From the NCBI GenBank assembly GCA_002633005.1, contig NMRA01000562.1:46206-110205 (forward strand): 64,000 bases of DNA, read 5' to 3'. The DNA is from Phoronis australis. Lineage: Eukaryota > Animalia > Phoronida. The position numbers were made by a program, and so were the translations under genes. Shown one piece after another: positions 40,634-52,100 of this stretch; within the stretch, counting starts at the first letter, position 1; every line of letters starts with the position of its first letter. Under the pieces are notes generated by a model, which was not told the origin of the DNA, ran no database searches, and saw only the letters and a list, made by a program, of their open reading frames with translations.

Positions 40634-43285
40634 CTAAGTAGAATTAACCTTGCTATAAAATTCATGATTACCATTTCGTCGAAACTGAACACCACGTTTC
40701 GTCGTAATGGCTCTTTCCAGATTTTTCCAGAACTCTTCCTTTTCCTCGTCTTCTTCCGGCCATAGAAAGTACAGATCGTGGCGGAGCAAGTGTTTAATTC
40801 CTTGAGGAAGGTTGCAAACAACAAAATCTTCTGTAACAACAGGAATTATGAATCCTTTTCCTCGGGCCATACTCATGCGAATTTCAAAGTTCTGCGTTAC
40901 TGAGTTTTCAGTGCTCGAAGTGACCAAAACAAGAACTTTCTTGCTTCCATCCAATTGCTCAAAGATCTCGTCAAACACACATGAACCTGGTCGCGAGTTA
41001 CGGGGCCAAAAGAAAACATCTAAGCCTTTATTATGTAGCCCAGTAAATAATTGAAAGGCAATGTCACGATCGTCCTCACTGAATGAAATGTAGAGGTCAT
41101 ATTCGAAGATATTCGCGTTCGGATTGCCTCTTTTTCTCAGTTTATTCTTTGTTAGGTACACCAAGTACTTAATATTCCACCGACAGTAAAGAACAACTAC
41201 TACGCCGATTATGACTACTGAAGTCAGGGTCACGCATACAATAAGAAATGTCTCATACCAGCAGCTGAACTCCAGACTAGACAAATCAAGGTCAACAAGT
41301 TTTATGCGTTCCGTGCCATGCGTACAAGTCAATTCTTCTCTGCCTTCTAAGTCAACTAGGGACTTGTTATTTCGTATCATATCATAAAATTCTTTGTTGT
41401 TGCAGTTTTGGCAACTGAGTTCGCTCAGACCACTGACATTCACTACATGTCTTCCAAACGTAGACGATGTTTTGAAGAAAGCTGTCTGGAAGTATTTGAA
41501 TTCTTGAATTTCACAGTTGCTCAGGTCTATAAATGTAAATCCAGGAAAGAGTGAGAAGTCAAGTTCGAATGTTAATAAAGGGTTTTTCTGTAGATTCAAG
41601 ATTACGAGCGAGGTGCAGTTTGAGAACATGACTTTTGGAATTGTTGTCAACATGTTGTCAGTTAGATCTATTTCTTTAATGTTTTGGAGGTTACTAAAGA
41701 TTGCAACCAATTCAGTTTCATTTGTAAACAGACCAATGCGGTTAACAGCAAGAAGAAGTGTTTGCAGTGATGGAACAGCGCGGAAGAGACCGGGATGAAC
41801 GTACTCAAGATTAGCATGCTCCAAATTCAAGTGCTTCACACCGTTTAAACCGTAAATCGGCCACTCAAATCGATTCCAATTTATATAGGATATATCCAAC
41901 CTGGTCAAACTGTTTACATCAAGAGAGCACGTAAGTTGTGGACCACAGTAGAAATTCGAGATGTTGACAGGGCCTCCTTGGATCGCATTTAAATTCAGAA
42001 AATCTATGTGGCTAACAGTAAGATCTTCTACATGAATTTTTAATTTAAGCGTTGCACCGACATTAACTGAATCAACCATTATCAAGTTCTCTTTGTCGTC
42101 ATCTTGTTGTAGTTGTTTAGCAATTTTAAGTTGTTTCCAGAACTCCAAGTTAACGTCAGACGAGCATGTGGAAGGACTGTTGGATTGTGTTAGATAGGAG
42201 ACCATAAGTGTTTGAAAACTATTTCTCTGCATTAGACCGAGCAAAAGCTCTTCGGATTTATGAATATATTGGGTGTTCAATGGATTGTAATTCATGTTCA
42301 AATATTTGACAGAACGAATATGGCGCCAAAATCTTCTTACTGTAGTGAGTGAGTTATCACGGATGGAAAGGCTAACCAACGGAACCTGGTGTAAAGACTT
42401 GAACTGTTTATCTTGAAGTTTGAGACATTCGTCTGTGTGTTCATAAACGCTATCAAGATTGAGAACTCGAAGAACAGTTGAGTTTTCAAAGCTTGGAAGG
42501 ATAGGGGCAAACAGATTTGGGTTTCTGTTTTTGGTGAAAGGACAAGAGTAATCTAAAGCTTGGAGACTGTGTGCAACAGGTAGCAGTGCCAGAGGATCTA
42601 CCGTTTCGAACTGCACTTTCCGCAATGACAGTACTTTGACTGAAATGTTACTTAATGCACTGAAAGTTTCTTGGTCCATTGACTGAAATTCGGATTCTGT
42701 GAGGTCTAATACTGTGACGTTTTCCATTAGAGCTAAAGAAAGGGGAATGTGGTGTTTGACAATGCGCAAAGAAAGTCGTGTCAACTGCCGTAAGTCGTAA
42801 AATGCCATGTTCAGACAAGACGGTGAGCGAGCCCGCACCTTAAGCATATTTAATTCTAGGAGAGATTGTAAATGGCGAAACGGTCTCGATTTGCAGCTAA
42901 AGTCAAGATACTCGGCAACTTTTTCCATATTGAGAACTTTCAAGGATTGAAGCCCACGGAAGCTGTTTGAGTAAATAGTAAAAGAATGATCCTTTGCGTC
43001 TATCATAGACGACAAATCGAGTTCACGCAATTTAGAAAAACGTTGCAGCGACCCATTCGGAATATCTCGTATCTTGTTACCACCAACTCGAAGAACAGTT
43101 ACGTCTTCAGGAATCTGAACATTGTGCAAGGAACGAAGATTTATGTTGGTACACGTGACTATGACTTCAGTGCCATTCCTTTCACAAATGCATTTGCTGT
43201 CACACTTGATAGAGTTGGCGTTGAGTTTTGTCGACAAAACACACGCACCCAGGACCAGAACAACCACGACACGAGCATCTAGCAT
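40634..43285 (-). CDS. Toll-like receptor (signal peptide, LRRNT, LRRs, LRRCT, TM, TIR), 883 aa, intronless CDS
   Basis: Uninterrupted ORF with a hydrophobic N-terminus, CDSKCIC..C LRRNT, many LxxLxLxxN repeats, a juxtamembrane Cys cluster, TM FLIVCVTLTSVVIIGVVVVLY, and a TIR (~41107-40705) with YDLYISFS, RNSRPG and box-3 FW. Confidence 0.96.
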   Translation of the reverse strand: MLDARVVVVLVLGACVLSTKLNANSIKCDSKCICERNGTEVIVTCTNINLRSLHNVQIPEDVTVLRVGGNKIRDIPNGSLQRFSKLRELDLSSMIDAKDHSFTIYSNSFRGLQSLKVLNMEKVAEYLDFSCKSRPFRHLQSLLELNMLKVRARSPSCLNMAFYDLRQLTRLSLRIVKHHIPLSLALMENVTVLDLTESEFQSMDQETFSALSNISVKVLSLRKVQFETVDPLALLPVAHSLQALDYSCPFTKNRNPNLFAPILPSFENSTVLRVLNLDSVYEHTDECLKLQDKQFKSLHQVPLVSLSIRDNSLTTVRRFWRHIRSVKYLNMNYNPLNTQYIHKSEELLLGLMQRNSFQTLMVSYLTQSNSPSTCSSDVNLEFWKQLKIAKQLQQDDDKENLIMVDSVNVGATLKLKIHVEDLTVSHIDFLNLNAIQGGPVNISNFYCGPQLTCSLDVNSLTRLDISYINWNRFEWPIYGLNGVKHLNLEHANLEYVHPGLFRAVPSLQTLLLAVNRIGLFTNETELVAIFSNLQNIKEIDLTDNMLTTIPKVMFSNCTSLVILNLQKNPLLTFELDFSLFPGFTFIDLSNCEIQEFKYFQTAFFKTSSTFGRHVVNVSGLSELSCQNCNNKEFYDMIRNNKSLVDLEGREELTCTHGTERIKLVDLDLSSLEFSCWYETFLIVCVTLTSVVIIGVVVVLYCRWNIKYLVYLTKNKLRKRGNPNANIFEYDLYISFSEDDRDIAFQLFTGLHNKGLDVFFWPRNSRPGSCVFDEIFEQLDGSKKVLVLVTSSTENSVTQNFEIRMSMARGKGFIIPVVTEDFVVCNLPQGIKHLLRHDLYFLWPEEDEEKEEFWKNLERAITTKRGVQFRRNGNHEFYSKVNST

Positions 43286-46200
43286 CCTGTAATGAGCAAA
43301 ACATGAAATGTTGGGTGTATGGTGTTAAAGATCGTCCATCCCTTTAATTTCTCATAATCCATATTTGAAGTACTTGTGCAACTCGTCAGTTTCCGTCCCC
43401 GTTTCTCTAGACACTCCAAAAGATGGTCTCGTTTAAAAATTCCCAGACCAAAATTTCCGAACCTTACATCAAATATTTCCCGAACCGAAAAGGTGTTTTG
43501 GTTACGTTTGTGCCGGTAAAGGGCACTCATACTTCGTAGTACAAAACTCAATGCCCCGAACGTTTGGTAGATTTTCAAAAATCAGTCTATACATCAAAAT
43601 TCATTTTTTATACATGGATAGGTATCCTAACAAAAACCTAACTGCCAAATTTTGTGCACTCAATGGTCCCTATAATTTCGCCTCTGGAGCACGAGACCAC
43701 AAATTGGCACAATTAGGCATATTAGCCGTTTCCAAAATTGTATGTTTTCAGCAACGAAATGAAGTAAATTACAAAATAGATCAAAAGTTATACTTTGGTG
43801 GCTGGAATAACCAACGTACAGTATATTGTGCATAATTCTGTGCCATTCATTAACATTTGACAGCTTTGAGCTTGACAGAGAGATAATCCACAGGCCTCTT
43901 TCTGTGGCTAATTTAAGTGGCCGTTTCTGTGACCTTCTTACCGCCATAGGTTAATTTAAACACTCTGTTGGGTTTATAAATGGAAATAGATGCCTTTGAA
44001 GTTTGAATAAGTCAAATTGGACGACTTTGTGCTGGATAAGGGAGATCATTTTTAATAGCTAATTTTAGTGACCGTCTTACTGCCATATTGTACCTTATAG
44101 CTTTATGTAACTTTTTGAACAAACATCTAAGGAGTAAATCTTGATGGCTGATAAAATACATCTAACCTCAACTTAGCAATTAGTGAAAATTGTCTTGCAC
44201 AACTGTCGATCTTGGAAATGATAATCAATATGAGCACAGCCCCAGAAATCGATTTCGCATTATATATCTAGGTTCTCATTCACTCTCTTGCACACATTTA
44301 CAAGTGAGACCGAGCTCAGAGGACGAGACACCTTTGAGCAATGCTCCAATGTCAGTCCAGTTCACCGCCTTGCCCCCAGTCGACACCTCACTAAGTGGCA
44401 CCCCCATCCCCGATTGGCAGATGTGTAATTTTTGCCCATCAGTTAACAGCCTTGTGCCCCTCTTGGACGAAACTTGTTTAGCACCTCCCATCGGCAGGCG
44501 CCCCGCGGCATCTGACCCCCCTTGCTACTTGGTATGTTTGCTATGAAGTCCGTACCTTTGTGTTGAACTGTGTTTACTTAATGGCTGTCATTAATAAAAT
44601 TGTTTCCATGAATTGTTTTCTCTTGACCTTGAACGTATGCCTTTTTATACCGTTAATGAGCGTACTTTCAAAATTATTCAACGTTGGGGTGGCCGGCGAC
44701 CGGTCTGAAGACTCGTATAGCAACCTGCGGGGACGTTATCATACGAACGCAAAATTACAATAAGTTTTGACTAGGTTGAAGATTTTTTGCACTGATCAGC
44801 AGGAGGGCCATAACCCCGCTTATGTACTGCCTCCCTTGCTATGTCAGTGGGTCTTACAACGACGATAAAAAACACGAGTAAGGCAGATTCGGCTGGTAGT
44901 CGCGTCCACCATCACCATGTAAACAAACAGTGAAGCACGTATGCCAGTCACAATTTATGTAAATAACTGTTGTAATAAGCAATACTCATCAGTGTGATTT
45001 TGAGACAATGGTAATTAGTGGTGTTGTATGCTTCTTCTAAAAAATACAATCATTTACGTTGTTTTGCAAGCACTTCTCGCTGGTTCCCTGCGTTCCGCTA
45101 GGTGGTAGCCAGCACGCCGGTATCACTTAACTTTCCTCGGGAATTTTTTTTACTCCTGCGTTTCTGATTGGCTGGTCGAATTCTCAACAGGCAGCGCTTT
45201 ACGCAAACAAACTGGCATGACTTATGGAGGAAGTGTAAATGTGGTCTGTTGTACACACAAACCGGTGCTTAAAATTCATGTTCAAGAAATAAGAACCCCA
45301 AAAATTGTGGTTGCGCCTTTTCGGAGTGCATCATTCTACTGTCGCTGACTTGTATATGTTGCTGTCCTGTATTCATACAGTATGAATATCACACTAGTTA
45401 AATAGGCGTGTTTATTGTACATGTACATGTACGTGCTTCAAGCTCGCGGCTATTAGACATTACTGCAGTTGCTGCTACGCCACTTGCATGACAAGGCTAA
45501 ATCGCTCATAAAAGTCCACCATTTCCTCACTTTGTTGTAAAACTAACCAATGATGGCCGAGTTTACATCAACCAACGATAAAGCGCATGCTACTGCCTAC
45601 TACCTGTGTGCTGGCTACCACATAGCAGCACACAAGGAACCAGCGAGATTACACGTTTCAAGACCCCCACTACTGGTGGTTGAGGCCAATGACTCTACAT
45701 GTATAGGGCATTGGTTGAGGCAAGTGAGAACAGGCAAATAGGACGAAGTGCAGTTGGTGTAATGCTTCGTACGTAGAGACTACAGGAGAGGCAAGATTTT
45801 TTATTGGAGATTCTGAAGAGGTAAGGAATGACTAAACAAATTATTATAAGGTCAGTTTTTGAAAATGTGCAATATGGCTGCAACAGAGTGCCAAAGTTGG
45901 CCGAAAATGGCTTCAGTGAAAACCTGCAAAGTAGCCGTTTTTTGCCACAAAAAATCCAAACATACAAATTCGAAAATCAATTTTGAAAGTTAAGCCATTA
46001 AATTACTCAATCATAGTGCTATAAAATTGTATCACTCATTTGTTACCAGCTAACTATACATGCTAGTAAAACGCATTGCAAAATAGAGGTGCATGTCTTA
46101 AAAAGAGAAATAGTGGACGATAATTCTTAAAAATCGAAATTTTTCGACGTCTCACCAAACGAAACTCATGTTTTAAATCTCACAAAATTGTGATTTTGGG

Positions 46201-49094
46201 TAGACTCTACCTGTTGGTTTTTATATGGAGTCTCTCTTAATTTTTTCAGAACCTTTTAACACGCTCGATACATCAATTCAGCATTAAGGTTACTTGGAAA
46301 CGCACTTTCAGGGTTAGAAAATAAAAATGAGCCCTAACATTTCAAAAGAAAAGTCAATCTCCTACTTAGATGACAGTTGTTCATCCAGACTGTGCAACGG
46401 CAATTTGATTTTGTTTCAAAATGGAAAGAATGAAATTGATTGCAATGACAACACGGGATAAAATGGAGGTCGTCCCTTAATTTATCATTCCATCGCTACT
46501 CATCCTGACAATTTTCACCATGTTTCTCTGGCAGTACGTTCCATAGACTCGGTGTCCACGATATCCTGTGCTTCCAAGTTCTCAAGCCTTACAAATCCCC
46601 GTTGATTCAGTGTCTATGCATCAAATCTATGAGCCCAAATGCCCAAAAACGACGTTTTTAGGCCGTCTGAAATGATTGGCAATTTGAGGAGAGTTTTTAA
46701 TGAACGGAGACACAAACCTAAAAGTTAAATGAAAAGGGGGAGGGGCATGGCTCTGATGTGCCTTCGTGGCTGTGCTAGTATTATCAATCACAAATGACAA
46801 AATTCCATTTTATTTCGCCTTCCATACATCTCGGTTTTAGATGAGATTATGGACTTGCGACCAATCTACACAAGAATAGAAAAGTCGCCACTGTGGCGTT
46901 TATTTCGACATCCCGAATTAAAGAGTCATAGAACACAAAAACTCGTAAATATCACCATTCAAACAAGTCGTGGCGAATCTACAAAACGTACTTCTTGGGG
47001 ATACTAACGTGAGAATTATTCACTTTGAATATTGTAACAGTTTCTAGAAAACACGAACAAAATAAAAATTCTCTCATCCCAATGCACTTTTCACATTATC
47101 CCCCCTGACAAAATGTATTCACTCAAGCGCTCAAAGAAGTCGGATTGAGTGCTGCTTGAAAGCCCTAATGTTGTGTTTACAGCGAAGGTAAGACACATTC
47201 TCCAAATCAGGGAAATGTGCATCGTCGGTCTCGCCATATAAAATAAGAAGAGGTGCTTTGCCGTGTGGGAGAAAAAACTGGGAATGAATGAGCAATTGAC
47301 AGATCGTTTTTTGTATTTGAAACTGAAGGAAAAAACTTGACATCATCAGAAATTCAAAATCTTTACGAACAAACCGTAAAAATACCTGGCGAACACTCAA
47401 TGGCAGAGAACCACTTTGAATAATGTAATTTTTTTCACGGTCAATATCCTTATAAGAAAAGTAAGTAACAAGTAAAGCAAGATGCATTCAATGCATCGCT
47501 TAGCAACAAAATAGAAATAGGCGTTTGTCCGTAAGGCGGAAATCGTACTTCGTTTCATTCGAAACGGATTGCGTAGCAATTTCGTTCCTGTGACGGAGAT
47601 AAATTCCGTTTTCATGACATCAACGACGGAGTTTTTAATTGGGGACAAATTCGTGCTTTCCCACAAATAAATTTGTTTCAGAGGGCAGAGGCTTTTGTTT
47701 GAAAAACTGGTGCAAATATTCTCAGAATGCAGTTTATCGAAGCGCAAAAAGTTTTGGTCACAAGCGGCGCACCATAAAGGGTTTTACTTCAGTATTGCGT
47801 AGCCCATGTTGGTTTTAACAGGATTCAGTAGACTAAGACAAAACTTCTGAATCCCCGATATGAGAAAAAAGACACCCAAATTGCAAAGAGAACTAGTTAG
47901 TACCGAGCCGTGGATGCATCGGAAAGAGAGGGAACACGCCGGCCCAGGGGTGAATGTTGAGACCATAAGCATAGAAATCGATGGATCATTGGTTTAGGAG
48001 CTGATACCAAGAAATACGGGTATGAACTTGAAAAACAACAACATTTGACCAAATCTACACAAGTGTTAGAGCCAGGAAAAGGTTAACACCTGTGTTTTCT
48101 AGATGTGTTCCTATATATAACATACTTCATAATTTGTAATTACTTCTTGCTAACACCTAAACAATGAATGACACAGGTTTTCTTTATTTTCTAAAGAAAA
48201 CCATCACGGAGTTTTCCTTAAGCTATTTGCAAGAAATAACACATCTGGTCAGATAAAATTGCATCTTAACTTGTATCCAGCATTGATCCAAAAGAACGCA
48301 CATAGAGACAGACGTATTGAAGTACTTCGACAACGTCTCAACTTTTTAGCTTGAGACAGCATGCAACGCCACCTCTCGCTCAAATTTGTTACGCTAGGAG
48401 TGCATTCCCATTCCTGTAGTTTTGAAACGTTAAATTAAGACAGCGTAAAGGAACACAAAAAGGATACACGTATAAAACCCTTAAACACTTTTTGAATTGT
48501 GATTGTTTGGTTTTTATGTATTAAGTATCAGTCCACGGATCCACCGACCACTGTACAGCCAACAAGCGGTGGGGGGTCAGCCATTCAGATCCATGTTTAG
48601 TCTAATAAATCACATTAGGGATGAGAGAAATTGGGTGAAGTATGACACCACAAAATTTGGTGGTTTAGGAGATACAAGGGAAGTGTTCTGGGGTGCAAAA
48701 TGAGGCAATTTCTTGATGTGGAATGAGTCATTTTTGACCAAACTTTCTACTCCAGTTTCTGCTTCAAACAGAATCGTTTCTGAACAATTTTAATATCACA
48801 TGATAGGTTCATGACCAATGTCAATAAAAACGGCACCAACACTGAAATATCGGTAACCATGTTAACACTGGAACTGTTTCCGTGGAGGTACATATTTCCT
48901 TCTTGTGAAAAACCAGCAGTAAGCTGTACCCTTATAGCGAAGCTGCCCCCGCGAGAAAACTAAAAATAATAACATGGACATGTAGAAGACTCCATGCCCA
49001 TGGAATTAATACAATAAAAACCTTGCCAGCCTTTCAGGCAGGCTTGGTAATAGGTGTCTGAATTTCACTGTTTTCAGACCGCGTAAGTGTATTT

Positions 49095-49107
49095 NNNNNN
49101 NNNNNNN
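49095..49107. other. Assembly gap (13 N)
   Basis: Run of n characters; order and distance across it are scaffold-inferred. A single ambiguous base also occurs at 13618. Confidence 0.99.
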
Positions 49108-52100
49108 TACAACAATTAAAAGAATTGGTTTGCTTAAATGTTTTTAATTAATTTTAAGGACACTAGCATTTCCCACTAAAATATGAAATTATACTAAATT
49201 TGTTCATCCAACTCGTCTGAATACCAAACTAAAGCTTACAATGCGTTAGTTGAATGCTAGCTGACCTAAAGTGCGGGTTTGCGAATTTATCTATTTATCT
49301 GGCACTGCCAGTCGCATCGAATGTGGTATTTCTACAAATTGCGGAGAGAAACAACTTTGGAAACTCTTGGGAAATGCACAAGGAAAAGAGCGTGACATTT
49401 GAGCACATTATAAGAGTAAGTGGAGCTGATGTGGAGGTAAAACGTGTCCTCCTGAGAAGTAGTCTGTCTCAGTGTCTGCCTCGGAGGCAGCTGTGCAGCA
49501 GGAGCTACATAATCTACCGTGTTAGATTCACTTGCCCGAATCATCGTTACAACACTCGAGATATATTGGCGTCGCCAAAGACACTGAGTACATCCACTGC
49601 ACACTAGAGGAGAAATCTGATTAGAGGTCTGAAAAATGACCAAAGACGTTAAGTCAAGGTTCAACGTCCTGCTTCGTGTGAGCTCAGGTAGGAATTACTA
49701 AACTCCAGGGTCTGACCCTGAGGATTATTTAGAAGCACGTCATTCAGGCAAAAATACTTTTATTGACACTGTGATTGCTTATAACTTGGGCCTTATTGCT
49801 TAATCATATCTTATTCAAATGTGTTGATGTTTATGCAATTGCATGTATACATTGGTATAGAAAATAGGTAGTCATCATAACTTTTCATAACAACCACCAA
49901 ATGTGTAACATGACTTCTGCCCATGAACTACTTTTAGAGAGTAAGGAGTATGTTATGTCTGCCAATAAATTTCTGCGATTGTGAAGTTAATTAAACATGC
50001 TAAAGCCGTCAAAAATTTTGGTGCCTTCACTTTAACTTGGTATTCATATTTTCAGAGCGGAAATGGCCACATTAAATTTAATATGTTTAATTTTTTCATT
50101 AATACAATTTTAGGAATCAGGAAAGGCTTATGCTGAGGAAGTGGCTTCTGCTGAAGTTGGAGACCTGCCGATTATTAGTAAAGAATGGGTATGGAAAAGT
50201 TCACAACCAGCAAGAAGGTACCCTTCTGGACAACTAAGTGAGGGGTCTAGAGAGAGGCCGAAAAGTCTACTCCCAGAAGATATGTCAAAAAGAATTTGTA
50301 GCTTGAGGAACGAGTCGGGGAAAAAGTATTTGCCAAAGATTACTGGCTTATGCCACAACAGGTCCAATGTAATTTGTTGAGATAGGCCACTCTCAGCAAA
50401 TGTGGGGAAAGGAAGTGGAGTATGCATTGAAAGAGGCAATCTGATGTAGCATTGTAAAAATTCAAAGGGAGGAAACAGTACAGTGGCTGGACCTGTAAAT
50501 ACTCTGGCTGGTCTGCTAAATCCAGTGGGGGCATTATTGTGTCAGCACAGCTGTGTAGGGTACTGTAGGCTTGTGTGTTGTTGCAAGCTTTGTTTGCACC
50601 AGAACTGCTTGTGTGAACAGCAGAAATCTAAAATTTACCTAGACTGAATTTTTGTCCAGGCACGGATCATGATCCTGGGCCACATGGTAATGGTACATTG
50701 TTTATTTTGTTTAGCCACTGGATTTTTTGGTCTGACGAGATTTCTCGGTGTGGCCATCACATTTATATGATTTCTGACCACTGTACTGTTTCTTTTCCTT
50801 GAAGATGCGTAATTGATCTGAATTTATGTTTCCGCATTTTATTTACCATTATAGATTTTTGTTTGTAAATGGGTATATATTGCTGAAATTTGAGCCCCTG
50901 TTGCAGTTAGGCTGGTTTTGTTAACTTATCTTTCTGCCTGGGTTGTAAACCTTCTGTCCATGAGGTAATAAGTTTTGATTTAAACCATTTACCTCTATAA
51001 ACTTTGCTCAGTTTGTTCCTTATCCAGATGGCAAATGATTTCTGGAATTGTAGCAGATTGACAGTTTGCTATTCCTTGAGACCATGCTGTGTGTATAAAA
51101 TCACAAACTATTAAACTGGTCTCTAGCAATTGCATATTGCCAGATCTTTCAAAGTTCTGAAATTGCTCAAAAGTGACCTGGAAGTAATACCTATTTCATG
51201 ATGGTAAAATGTCTAAATCAAAAGTTGTTTTATGTGATTTTAGGCGAGTTTATGTCCACTTCAAATGATTTTTTGCTGCAGTACTGAAAAGTATTGGCAC
51301 ATTAGCTCTGGTGGCTCCTTGTTTTTTGGCGAATTGACCATTTTATGGTTCCCATGGGTAATTTTGTTACTGTTCTAGTATGTATGTACAACTGTAATCG
51401 TAGGGCAATTGTAATGCAAACCATGTTGCAAAAGTACTTTTTTCATGACCATTCATTGTAAAATGCTGGCTAATTGGAACCGACAAGCCAATTTTTCATT
51501 TTGTGTTGGTTTGTTTTGATAAGAACATTGATGTGGTAAATACAGCTACCTCAAGTTAGTGAAGAAGAGATTTCCAGTGTTGTCAGCGACATTTCGAAAT
51601 CACTTTTTTCGCAGTGAGACTGTACATCACCTTAAATGTAATTCCCTGACTTTATGGACTTTGTGTGGTTGACTCTGTCCTGTAGCAATTGGAGTGTTGA
51701 AAAGATGTAGAAGGCAATTTTTATTAGAGTCATAACATTTGCACTTTTGACTGTATAGTTATCTTTGCATTGTATTACGAAAACATATTTTGTAGTACAC
51801 AAGTCTCTTGTTGGAATTTTATATTTTTTCACAAGGAATATTTTCAACTTAGATGACTTGTATGTGAGGTAGGCAATTTTCAAATAAGATAATGAATGAA
51901 ACTGTCAAACATTGTTTTATTTTTGGATGTGTGATCTTCCAATAAGTGATTACTTTTATAAAACCTGTGCAGAATTTGATTTTTACTCTTCATTTAAAGG
52001 AAAATAAATCCATAAACCTGCATTGTCTAGAAATTTTACTCAAACTACATATTACAGGGTTGGGGATTGGAATCTTAATACAACGGAGTCTGAACCCGTA

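Noticed and set aside
40812-43282. Plus-strand ORFs overlapping the TLR
   Set aside because: Antisense shadows of the TLR CDS with no recognisable domains.
44300-44760. Pro-rich ORF end plus purine tract suggesting the 3' end of an LTR retrotransposon
   Set aside because: No RT or integrase motif, no paired LTRs, no clear TG...CA boundaries.
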